From a virus, in IMG/VR virus record IMGVR_UViG_3300045988_092438: a stretch of DNA of 64,000 bases. One strand, given 5' to 3'. Shown here one piece after another: positions 27,941 through 35,740 of the stretch (position 1 is the first letter of the stretch; the number at the start of each line of letters is the position of its first letter). Made by a program: the position numbers and the translations under genes. Below the pieces are notes generated by a model. The model did no database searches, was not told the DNA's origin, and was given only the letters and a program-made list of their open reading frames with translations.

Positions 27941-28030
27941 AAGCTGACATTTTCTCACGCATTTACCTTCCACCAGTGACACTTCTTAGTCATCACCAAT
28001 GGTACAGTCGAGTGGAGGGGCTGTCAGCTC
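27941..28030 (-). ncRNA. candidate structured RNA between tRNA-Lys and tRNA-Gln
   Basis: Closing stem GAGCTGACA/TGTCAGCTT (9 bp) and second stem CCTCCAC/GTGGA(A)GG. Apical hairpin GTGA..TCAC. No tRNA cloverleaf and no ORF. Confidence 0.35.
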
Positions 28031-28097
28031 ACCTACTTTGGCTTATCTCTAACACATGAAAGTGAGAGTGTTTCTCCGGCACATTACCTCCGAAGAG

Positions 28098-28170
28098 TCG
28101 GAATGACACGACTTGAACGTGCGACAAATAGATTAAAAGTCTACTGCTCTACCAACTGAGCTACATTCCG
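28098..28170 (-). tRNA. tRNA-Lys(UUU)
   Basis: CGGAATG TA GCTC AGTTGGTA GAGC A GTAGA CTTTTAA TCTAT TTGTC GCACG TTCAAGT CGTGT CATTCCG A. Canonical cloverleaf. Confidence 0.9.
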
Positions 28171-28402
28171 TTAAGTCACTGTGGTAGGAGAGTCCGTCTA
28201 TTATACTCTCTGTTCACACTTCATTGGATAGACTAAAGTGATTTCGGCTACTACCTCCTTGTCTGCTACTCATACATATCCGTCTTGTCTATCAAGACCT
28301 TTCGCTTTGGCAATCAACAAGTTTGTGACTATCAGCATTTTTATGTAAGTCCTCCACTCCTGGAATACCTTACTTAGTCGGCTGACAAGACTAAACTGAC
28401 TC

Positions 28403-28497
28403 AGAGGACTCGAACCTGTGCTACGCATATAGCGTACTAAAAGATTAGCAATCTCTCCTCTTCACCAACTTGAGTAACACTCCATTACAGACAGTGT
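28403..28497 (-). pseudogene. tRNA-Ser(GCU)-like element lacking a contiguous 3' acceptor strand (non-canonical or decayed)
   Basis: ACACTGT [CTGTAAT] GGAGTGT TA CTC AAGTTGGTGAA GAG G AGAGA TTGCTAA TCTTT, then variable arm TAGTACGCTATATGCGTAGC, then T arm ACAGG TTCGAGT CCTCT. What follows is GAGTCAG, which is not complementary to GGAGTGT. Confidence 0.5.
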
Positions 28498-28605
28498 GAT
28501 TTTAACACCCCTGCTCACTTATTTACACCAAAGGGCTTTGGCTGTAAACTGTCTGCGTCTCTTGAAGACATTTCAGAGTATATCACAGCTTAAAACTGCT
28601 GTCAA

Positions 28606-28950
28606 CTACTCCAAAAGCTGATTATCGTCTAACACCTGTAAGATACAGTTATTCATCTTTCTCCACACCTTCATGTAAAAGATAGCAACCTTCTCTTCGG
28701 TGTCATCATCTAAATCAAGTCCGGCTTCATTTGCAAAAGCATGGAACATTTCATGTGCCACTATCTCACAAGTCCTAACATCACGTTCTGTCTCACTACA
28801 CCCATTTTCTTTAGAGTGTAAGCAGTACAGCTCTTTGTCATACATTCGACACTCACCCATGTTACCTTCGGAAAGTCTCTTTAACTCTTTTCTCTTTCCA
28901 ACTTGAACATCATAGTCAGTACCTAACACGTTTACAATAGTGTGTTTCAT
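28606..28950 (-). CDS. small HExxH metallopeptidase (ImmA/IrrE-like)
   Basis: ..IVAHEMFHAF.. motif. Start moved to MKHTIVNV (ATG 28950, GGAGG 9 nt upstream, ATGA overlap with the upstream gene). Confidence 0.5.
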   Translation of the reverse strand: MKHTIVNVLGTDYDVQVGKRKELKRLSEGNMGECRMYDKELYCLHSKENGCSETERDVRTCEIVAHEMFHAFANEAGLDLDDDTEEKVAIFYMKVWRKMNNCILQVLDDNQLLE

Positions 28951-29162
28951 AACCTCACACCTCCAAGGAACATAAAGTAAAACAATCCTGCAATCATCAC
29001 TGTCAACACAATGAAGAGTGCTAAGTAGAACCATTTCAGCTTGTAATCCACAATCACGTTTGGTAACTGTGATTTCTTACTGTCATTTGCCATCATGTAC
29101 ACTAAACAGGCAAACCAACATAACACTAAAAACACTAAAATGGCGGTTAAAATAAATCTCAT
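28947..29162 (-). CDS. small membrane protein (2 TM)
   Basis: 71 aa with two hydrophobic helices. First gene after the 1.1-kb non-coding region. Confidence 0.5.
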   Translation of the reverse strand: MRFILTAILVFLVLCWFACLVYMMANDSKKSQLPNVIVDYKLKWFYLALFIVLTVMIAGLFYFMFLGGVRL

Positions 29163-29399
29163 GTACCTTCTTCCTCACTTTCTAAATTTCTTGTCTTTTC
29201 TTTGACTGGCTCTATTATATCATACTCACTAAATCAGTCAAACGTCCTTCTCGGCTCTTCCTGCATTACGTCTTTAACAATAAATTATTTAATTATTTAT
29301 ATATTATATATTATATTAAAGACTTATTGTTAATGATGTAATGCCAGTTCCACTCATTCTTCGGACCATTCTTTAACACTGCTATATTCAGTGTTTAAC

Positions 29400-29515
29400 A
29401 CACATTTACCTCACATATACAGTGTTTTATGGACCACTTACCACACTCACAAAATACCTCACAGAATTTTAACACCTCACTTTCTCACCTTTCTCTCACA
29501 ACACCTCACACATAC
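29400..29515. repeat. cluster of (A/T)CCTCAC / TCTCAC short direct repeats (left cluster)
   Basis: At least 7 copies within 115 bp on a G-poor plus strand (tacctcacat, cacactcac, atacctcacag, acacctcac, tctcacc, tctctcac, acacctcaca). Confidence 0.6.
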
Positions 29516-29800
29516 AGGGGTATGGGGTTATTTTATACACATACCTTACCAAAATCTCGCCCAGTTCTAAGATACTAGGTGCAGTCTCGGCAGTCCACAG
29601 ACCATTTAAGGGTGGGGTGGACATATAAATTTTGGAAAATCAGTGTGTTTTCTCATAAAATCTTCACCAATTTTCAAACCATGTTGTTTTCTTCAATAAT
29701 TTCTTGTGTTATGAATGAAATCATAAAATTTTTATTCAAAAGAATTTATATTTATACATTGTGTGTATAGTATTGTATATCACTTGTGTTATGTGTTGTG

Positions 29801-29859
29801 TATACTATATGTAGTGTGTATCATGTGTATATAGTGTATGTATATACTATATGTAGTGT
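29801..29859. repeat. 17-bp perfect direct repeat TATACTATATGTAGTGT x2 within a TG/TA-rich tract
   Basis: Copies at 29801-29817 and 29843-29859 (42-bp period), embedded in GTGTAT-type reiterations across 29760-29870. Confidence 0.7.
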
Positions 29860-30040
29860 ATGGGTGTACAATAAAATAAATGAATAATTATTACTTATTT
29901 ACAGTGATTATACATATAATATACATAGAACTATTAAAAGACCACATATAGTATATTCAAATATATCACCAATTTTTATGCGGATATAGAGATATACTAC
30001 CTACCATATATTTCTTTATATATGTCTTTATTATAGCCTT

Positions 30041-30190
30041 CCACCCTCACCTCTTCTCACATCACAAATTTTTCTCACAGAATATTTTCATTTCAGTGAC
30101 TTTCCAGAACCTCACTCACCTCTTTTAGTGTTTTTATATAACCTCACAAAAAAATCACTAAATACTCTTTCGGGCTTTTCTCACTTACAA
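30041..30190. repeat. cluster of CCTCAC / TCTCAC short direct repeats (right cluster)
   Basis: caccctcacc, ttctcacatc, ttctcacag, aacctcactcacc, aacctcacaaa, ttctcactt. Same orientation as the left cluster. Confidence 0.55.
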
Positions 30191-30249
30191 CACACCAACA
30201 CCTTTTAATCACCTTCTGGCACACCCTCGCTACACACTGGCACATAACC

Positions 30250-30281
30250 AAAAAAGAAGAGGAGCATATCTCAGCTCCTCT
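30250..30281 (-). terminator. rho-independent terminator
   Basis: 8-bp stem AGAGGAGC/GCTCCTCT followed by TCTTTTTT on the minus strand, 19 nt after the stop at 30300. Confidence 0.7.
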
Positions 30282-30299
30282 CCTATCATGTACAAACTC

Positions 30300-30695
30300 T
30301 TAATACTCTATGTGCCTTTCCTCACATTCATCACTTGCGTCCTGCAACTTCTCAATCACATCTGTGAACATTCCAATCGGGAAGTGAACTGTCTTACCTT
30401 TTAAATATCCAGTGTAGGCTTCTGACTCTCTGTACATAGTCATAAAACAACAAGCAGGTGCTTCATCATCATCCCACCGCTTTACACTGACTTCAATGTA
30501 ATCTTTCACAACCTTTGTTGGGTCTTTAAAAGAAGGATATTCACGCACCAGAAATCTCACTGGTGGAAACATAGGATTGTAACCGTCTGGTGGGAGTTTG
30601 TTAGGTTTCTTCTCCCTCTTTTTAGGTTCTTCTGGTGTCTGCTGTACTTCTACAGACTTCTTGAGTTCCTTCCTCTTGATTGGTTTCAGTTTCAT
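30300..30695 (-). CDS. hypothetical protein
   Basis: Start moved to MKLKPIKRK (ATG 30695). Basic N-terminus. Confidence 0.45.
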   Translation of the reverse strand: MKLKPIKRKELKKSVEVQQTPEEPKKREKKPNKLPPDGYNPMFPPVRFLVREYPSFKDPTKVVKDYIEVSVKRWDDDEAPACCFMTMYRESEAYTGYLKGKTVHFPIGMFTDVIEKLQDASDECEERHIEY

Positions 30696-30807
30696 GCTAA
30701 AACACACTCCTTTCTTCACATTCACACTTATTGTTAGTTAGAGCTTAAACCACTCTATAGAACACTGGACACTTGTGGTGTCCAATGCTCAAACAATGGT
30801 TTAATGT

Positions 30808-30996
30808 TTAGATACCGAGAATACTATTCATAGTGTTAACCAGAAACATCTTTCTGGCAAGCTCTTTAGCAGTCATACCTTCCTTATGAGCTTCTTCATC
30901 AATAGTCTTCTTGATACTGTCCTTACCAGAGTCATTGATATGTAACATGGTGTTGATACTCTTTAAAGCGTCCTGCATTTCATCAGTCATGTACAA
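30808..30996 (-). CDS. hypothetical protein
   Basis: 62-aa ORF abutting the upstream gene stop. Confidence 0.4.
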   Translation of the reverse strand: MYMTDEMQDALKSINTMLHINDSGKDSIKKTIDEEAHKEGMTAKELARKMFLVNTMNSILGI

Positions 30997-31275
30997 TCAC
31001 TGAACCTGTGCATAAGGACTACTGTTTGCCAGTTTAAATGCAAAGGACTCTGCACTGCTTCTTTCTCCAAGCGTTTTCTTTGCTTCGATAATCAGCTTTC
31101 TTGCTTCAACCAGTTTCTTCAATGCTTCTGCCGGAATAACACTGTCTGGAATTTCCTCACAGGTCAGTGGAGGATTGTCATAATCGAACTTCTCCTCCTC
31201 ACTGGTTAAATCAGTCGGGGAAATTCCTAACATTCTTTTCAGTTCCTCTGGCATTTCATCAAACATTCTTGACAT
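30997..31275 (-). CDS. hypothetical protein
   Basis: 92-aa ORF with AAGGAGAG upstream of the ATG. Confidence 0.45.
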   Translation of the reverse strand: MSRMFDEMPEELKRMLGISPTDLTSEEEKFDYDNPPLTCEEIPDSVIPAEALKKLVEARKLIIEAKKTLGERSSAESFAFKLANSSPYAQVQ

Positions 31276-31414
31276 AATAACACTCTCCTTTTCTTTTCAC
31301 TCTTATGTGTGTTTAGTTACTGAGCCTGTAATGGACTCACTCTCACCGACAAGTATTTCTCTTGTCGGCAAGGTCAGCTCACTACCTAAGTGTGTTTTGG
31401 GAGTGTGTTATTTA

Positions 31415-31645
31415 TTAGTAAGGAGTCTTATGTGTTGCCACACAAGTTCCTGTACTATCATAGACATTAGTGATAAGTTCATCACCTTCTCTGTAGCTTC
31501 TTATCTTGAAAGCTGTCTCAATCTCACCTGCATTTCTCTGAGTGATTTCAACAGTCATGCTACCATCATGTCTTGCAGGTCCACCTGCAAGTGGAGTTCT
31601 TCTCCCTTCAACATCAGCACTTAAATAAAATGGTCTTACTGCCAT
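31415..31645 (-). CDS. hypothetical protein
   Basis: 76-aa ORF with AAAGGAGAC upstream of the ATG. Confidence 0.45.
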   Translation of the reverse strand: MAVRPFYLSADVEGRRTPLAGGPARHDGSMTVEITQRNAGEIETAFKIRSYREGDELITNVYDSTGTCVATHKTPY

Positions 31646-31751
31646 AGCTTTTGTCTCCTTTCACTAAACACTGCTCACATTCTGTGTGAAGAGTACCTTT
31701 AGTACTCATTACTGCACACCACTCTGTATAGTGATGTACAGTGTATCAATA

Positions 31752-32192
31752 CTAAGGTATTGCCTGTAAGTATTGGTCATACAACTGAATACCAATCTCA
31801 TTATGAATATCAAAGTCCTCACGCATGAGTCTTCTTATACACATTGAGATTGTTTTCAGTGTGTTCCATTTCATGTCCTGTATCATTTCTAATGTCTGGA
31901 CATATGTTTCCGGGGTCATTTCAAGTCTTCTACGTTTAGTGTCCTGCTCGTCTTTGTCTAACTGGCAGTACTCTTTCACCCTGTAATCAAGTCTGGCATT
32001 GAGATATGTCTCCTTGTCTACATAGGCTATAGCATACACACTAAATCCATTGGACTTATACTGTGCAAGCTCTAAAAGTCTGTAAGCCTTTCTTCTCAGA
32101 ATTTCATCAGTGTCTTTCTCCGGCAGGTAGAATAATGTCTCTTCTCTGCCCTCATTGTCTACTAAACGATAAATCATGTAATTTCCTTTCAT
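31752..32192 (-). CDS. hypothetical protein
   Basis: 146-aa ORF with AAGGAGTG upstream of the ATG. Confidence 0.45.
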   Translation of the reverse strand: MKGNYMIYRLVDNEGREETLFYLPEKDTDEILRRKAYRLLELAQYKSNGFSVYAIAYVDKETYLNARLDYRVKEYCQLDKDEQDTKRRRLEMTPETYVQTLEMIQDMKWNTLKTISMCIRRLMREDFDIHNEIGIQLYDQYLQAIP

Positions 32193-32310
32193 AGTTACAC
32201 ACTCCTTTACACTTTTACTTCACACACTTATTAGAGAACTTTTCAGCACTCATTCTTACACACCACCCCTTTCGGGGTGATATGCAAGGTCAGTGTTGAA
32301 ACACTGAATG

Positions 32311-33081
32311 TTATTCCACAGCGTCAGTCAGTCTGTACAGTTCAAATTCCATGTTGCTTGTGTAGCGGAATCCATCTTCTGTGATAGTCATATCCTTCGG
32401 CTGAATGATGTATGGCATATCAGTGTAGCTTGAGATACCTACAGCGAGTTTGTCCTCGTCTGACAGGTAGATACAAGACACTAAATCCAAGTCATTCGGG
32501 AAGTTTTTAGGCTTTTTCACTGTCTCAATAGTTCCCACATAGTCGAACTGTCTCAGAAGTCTCTCAGTCCAGTAGATTGCGAAGTAAATTTCCTCTTCAT
32601 TCTCAAGGGCTTTTCTGAGGTCTGCAAAGGTCTTAATATCCTGTGCTTTAGTGAGTGTACCAATCTCAGTAGTGATAGTTTCTTCAAACATACCTGCTAA
32701 ATCGAAGTTAGTACCCTTCTGCTCTGACTTCTGCACCGCTGACTTCTTTTCGGACTTTTTGGCTACAGGCTTCTTAGCCGGAGCTTTTTTCTCTTCCTTC
32801 GGAGCTGTCTCTTCTGTCTTAGGCTCTTCCTTCTTAGAAGACTTTTTGAGGGTCTTTTTAGTAGAATTTGCCGGAGCAGGTTTGGACTCTTCCTCTGGTA
32901 ACAGAGCTTCAACCTCTTTCACTAAAGGTCTGAGGTCTGACAGCTTTACACTGTCATGGTCTTTCTTCCAAGCGTTAGCAGTATAAGTGATTCTTTCCTG
33001 CAAGTTCTTGTCAGTCACCCCATTGAAATGCTCGTCTAAAAACTGTACCATCTGTTCCTTGTTCATTTTTGCTGTTGTCAT
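32311..33081 (-). CDS. hypothetical protein with Lys/Glu/Pro-rich linker
   Basis: 256 aa. Central ..KKSSKKEEPKTEETAPKEEKKAPAKKPVAKK.. low-complexity linker between two folded-looking halves. Confidence 0.5.
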   Translation of the reverse strand: MTTAKMNKEQMVQFLDEHFNGVTDKNLQERITYTANAWKKDHDSVKLSDLRPLVKEVEALLPEEESKPAPANSTKKTLKKSSKKEEPKTEETAPKEEKKAPAKKPVAKKSEKKSAVQKSEQKGTNFDLAGMFEETITTEIGTLTKAQDIKTFADLRKALENEEEIYFAIYWTERLLRQFDYVGTIETVKKPKNFPNDLDLVSCIYLSDEDKLAVGISSYTDMPYIIQPKDMTITEDGFRYTSNMEFELYRLTDAVE

Positions 33082-33167
33082 AATAACACTCTCCTTTTCT
33101 TATTTTAATGTAATGTGTTTTGGATAAGCCTATCCACTCACTACACTTTTCAGTGTAGAGAGCCATC

Positions 33168-33380
33168 TTAGTTGAGAATGAGGAAGTAATCTTCCACAGG
33201 GTACTCATGGCACACATATTCTTTTTCCGGCTTTAAAAGCTCAAGTTCCTCGTCAGTGTAGTCTTTTATCACATAGAACTTATCACCTCTGTGGTTCTTG
33301 CATACTCTCATATCACCTGTGAATACGCTTTCCTGTGTCATGGTCTTCTTATTCATTACCACTACTGTCATTTCTCTCAT
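33168..33380 (-). CDS. hypothetical protein
   Basis: Start moved to MREMTVVV (ATG 33380) with strong GGAGGAGC RBS. Confidence 0.45.
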   Translation of the reverse strand: MREMTVVVMNKKTMTQESVFTGDMRVCKNHRGDKFYVIKDYTDEELELLKPEKEYVCHEYPVEDYFLILN

Positions 33381-33397
33381 GTTATGCTCCTCCTTAA

Positions 33398-33425
33398 AAT
33401 ATAGTGAGTGCATAGGCTTATGCAA
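33398..33425 (-). promoter_or_regulatory. candidate sigma-70/sigma-A type promoter
   Basis: Minus strand reads TTGCAT (33425-33420), 16-nt spacer, TATATT (33403-33398), just upstream of the RBS of the 33380 gene. Confidence 0.35.
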
Positions 33426-33615
33426 GTGCCGGACACTAAATAAGCTGTCTGGCACTCACACCTACAATAAGAGTGTGAGTTTGTGTTTTCACTTTCTCTA
33501 CCAGTATACTATTGACAACTTTTGAGGTCGCATAATGCGTAACTCTCTCCGGCTGTCTCAAGTACTTAATAAAGCACTTATTCAATTATCAATGTGCAAT
33601 GCTATGACTTTGCTC

Positions 33616-33679
33616 CGTTTCTGTCACTCGGCAACTTGTCACGTTATCTGGTTACTCACTCAAGCGTTTCTGTCACTCG
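33616..33679. repeat. 15-bp direct repeat CGTTTCTGTCACTCG x2
   Basis: Copies at 33616-33630 and 33665-33679 (49-bp period). Confidence 0.7.
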
Positions 33680-33777
33680 CTCTTGAGCTTGTCTATACTT
33701 TATCACAGGTAAAGTCACTTGTCAATACTTTTTTATGACTTTTCATAAATTTCTTTTTGACGCTGTATTTTGCGTTT

Positions 33778-33989
33778 CTAGGGGCTTTTTGTGTCTAGGG
33801 TACAAATTAGTGCATAAAGGCATAAAATCGCTCTGAGGGGCATTTAAAGCGTTTCTAGGGCTATTCTAGGGGCTTGCGTTGTCTCTTGTCTGAGGTGTAC
33901 AGGGCTTTTCAACGCTGTACAGGGCTTTTCTAGGGGTTTTCAGTGTGTCGTGTAATATTGCACAAAAGGCTTGATTTTAGGGGCTTTTT
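33778..33989. repeat. iteron-like array CTAGGGGCTTTT / GTACAGGGCTTTTC
   Basis: CTAGGGG(C/T)TTT-type copies at about 33778, 33795 (partial), 33855, 33866, 33930 and 33977. GTACAGGGCTTTTC occurs twice, at 33897-33910 and 33917-33930. All copies share one orientation. Confidence 0.65.
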
Positions 33990-34236
33990 GGCGTGTTTTC
34001 GGACGTTCTGGGAGGGTGTTTTTGAGGGAATCAAAACACTCTGAAAAAAGATTATGCAAGTTGCACAAAGATTTTTATGACTTTATGCAATATGTACAGA
34101 AAAGCTGATTTTACTTGTGCATATTGCTATTTTATGATTTTATGACTATTTTCTAACACAAAACACTTGACAAGTGATTAAAAGTGTGATATTTAAAGAG
34201 CTTTCCAGTGTTATACACACTTTCCTATATAGACAA

Positions 34237-34271
34237 TAAAAAGAACACTCCCACATTACTAAGAGTGTTCT
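34237..34271 (-). terminator. rho-independent terminator
   Basis: 9-bp stem AGAACACTC/GAGTGTTCT followed by TTTTTATTG on the minus strand, after the gene ending at 34313. Confidence 0.7.
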
Positions 34272-34312
34272 TTATCACGTTCATTGGCTTATCCTTACAC
34301 ATTACATGAGTG

Positions 34313-34963
34313 TTATTTCTTTCCGAGTTTCTTAATCTTCTTGAGCTTCACACCACTACTCACTGGCTTCTGTGTTTGTGGTGTTTCCACTACTTCTTCC
34401 TCTTCCTGCACACTTACTGGTTTTGGGAGTTTCTTGTGTCTTTTCATTCCTTTGTTAAAAGGCTTATCTTCTTTAATTGCCCGGTATGCAGAATCTTCTG
34501 CTTCTTCAATCAAAGCACTATAGTAATCACCATACTCATTAAACACTTCATCCTCAAGTGCTTTCTGTATAGGTGACACTCTAGGACACCTTCCCTCTGC
34601 TTTCTTACTTCTCTGTTCTGGTGTGAGTGGTGTTCTTCCTAAGTAGTGTGTTTCATAGTAATCCTCACTTGTTACTCTACACACATAATGGAAATAGTGT
34701 TTCCGTGTCTTGTGATGTTTAATCATTTTCTCCACACACTCAACTGCACTGTCTAAATCACTACCACAATAAACACAGTGGTGTGTGATATTGTCCATTA
34801 CTCTGTACCACTCTACTGTCTCTTCATCATCTGGGTCATAACCTCCAATATAACTCACATCACCAGTGACTTTATTTACAAAGGTTGGTGCTTTCTTTCT
34901 GTACTGTCCTTTCACTATATAGAAAAGACCTCTTAAACTTTCTTCGGGTGTTATATGTGCCAT
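34313..34963 (-). CDS. hypothetical protein
   Basis: Start moved to MAHITPEE (ATG 34963, GGAGAAC upstream). Cys/His cluster ..HHCVYCGS..C.. and a basic C-terminal tail. Confidence 0.5.
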   Translation of the reverse strand: MAHITPEESLRGLFYIVKGQYRKKAPTFVNKVTGDVSYIGGYDPDDEETVEWYRVMDNITHHCVYCGSDLDSAVECVEKMIKHHKTRKHYFHYVCRVTSEDYYETHYLGRTPLTPEQRSKKAEGRCPRVSPIQKALEDEVFNEYGDYYSALIEEAEDSAYRAIKEDKPFNKGMKRHKKLPKPVSVQEEEEVVETPQTQKPVSSGVKLKKIKKLGKK

Positions 34964-35054
34964 ACTATGTTCTCCTCTCTGTTTCATGTGTTTTCTATGT
35001 CATTCACTAAACACAGTATAGCACACTATCACTCTCACCACAATCACTGTCACA

Positions 35055-35183
35055 TCACTTGGATTTCCGGGTGTTTGGTGTTTGTGGTTTAAAAGGTGTT
35101 CCACACTTAGGACACTCAGTAACACCTTTCATAGTGATTTTAGTCACCTTACCACACTTACTGCAAGTTCTTGTTTTATTCAT
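35055..35183 (-). CDS. 42-aa zinc-ribbon protein (below the ORF-track size cutoff)
   Basis: MNKTRTCSKCGKVTKITMKGVTECPKCGTPFKPQTPNTRKSK has two CxxC pairs. GGAGAGA RBS upstream. A CTCTATATAGAG palindrome lies 17 nt upstream of the ATG. Confidence 0.5.
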   Translation of the reverse strand: MNKTRTCSKCGKVTKITMKGVTECPKCGTPFKPQTPNTRKSK

Positions 35184-35197
35184 GTTTGTCTCTCCTT

Positions 35198-35740
35198 CTC
35201 TCTATATAGAGTAATAGTAATAGAATAATCCTTCCCTCCCTCTCTATATAGAGAAGGGAGTAATACTTCCTCTTGTCTATATAGGGGAAATTGGTATCAA
35301 CCACCTGTCCAATCACACACTCTAAATCACCTGTAACACTTGAAAAATCAAGTGTTTGAGTGTTCTTAGGTAGTCCTCAAACCTAAGTGTTGTTACCATT
35401 CCCTCTATATAGAGGAAGAGGAAAGCCGGAAGTGATTTTCTATAAGAATATTGTAACATATAACACTAAAGACAACAACTATAACACCTTTAAAACACGT
35501 CTTTTACCAGTCATCACATCACCTTCGACCACACCTAAACACTGATTTTACCGCCTTTGCGGAGGAAACCTGCCGAGGTGCAGATAGGAAAGGTATTTTA
35601 GGTGCAGATAGGAAAGGCACTATAGTGCCACTATATTGTGACTTTAAAGACAGTCTCTTACTACTATCTATTACTATATCTATATGGTCTATATAGTCTC
35701 TTTACTGTTTCACTTTAGCGTCCGGCTTTTTCTCTATAGT
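35198..35740. repeat. array of TATA-core palindromes plus a 17-bp tandem direct repeat
   Basis: CTCTATATAGAG at 35200-35211 and 35242-35253. CCTCTATATAGAGG at 35402-35415. Degenerate TCTATATAG at 35276 and 35688. GGTGCAGATAGGAAAGG at 35577-35593 and 35601-35617. GGCACTATAGTGCC at 35616-35629. Confidence 0.7.

Noticed and set aside
28040-28090. Micro-ORF (ATG TGC CGG AGA AAC ACT CTC ACT TTC ATG TGT TAG) after a GGAGG just downstream of tRNA-Lys.
   Set aside because: The GGAGG-to-ATG spacing is only 2 nt. The GGAGG is part of a CTC-TTCG-GAG hairpin at the tRNA 3' flank. Translation is unlikely.
28187-28483. The Ser(GCU)-like element read as an intron-containing tRNA, whose 3' acceptor strand would be ACTCTCC (28193-28187, 6/7 pairs with GGAGTGT) about 207 nt downstream of the T arm.
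   Set aside because: The insertion would lie at the T-stem/acceptor junction, which is not a known intron site. I could not build a group I-like or BHB structure. A single 7-mer match with a mismatch is weak evidence.
29299-29322. AT-rich string ATATATTATATATTA..AAAGA shared with 38841-38860, which lies inside the CDS 38269-38949.
   Set aside because: This is low-complexity TA-repeat similarity, about 18 nt long, and is expected by chance in AT-rich DNA.
29334-29341. A fifth TGATGTAA (TTACATCA on the minus strand) with a loosely module-like upstream sequence, in the 29.3-kb non-coding region.
   Set aside because: No complementary 3' strand or tRNA-like head follows it. An 8-mer is expected roughly twice by chance in 64 kb on both strands.
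29579-29770. 63-aa plus-strand ORF inside the large non-coding region, together with 33535-33738 in the second non-coding region.
   Set aside because: Neither has an RBS. Both run opposite to every other gene. Their composition is driven by the repeat content.
29400-34000. Repeat clusters at 29.4-30.2 kb and 33.6-34.0 kb considered as CRISPR arrays.
   Set aside because: The repeats are only 6-17 bp long and irregularly spaced, and several different families are interleaved. No uniform repeat-spacer periodicity and no cas genes are present.
34168-34275. Plus-strand TTGACA-17 nt-TATTTA promoter-like sequence that could drive a short antisense RNA ending at the bidirectional terminator at 34242-34271.
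   Set aside because: The -10 box is poor, nothing else in the window is transcribed from the plus strand, and there is no supporting structure. It is noted only as a remote possibility.
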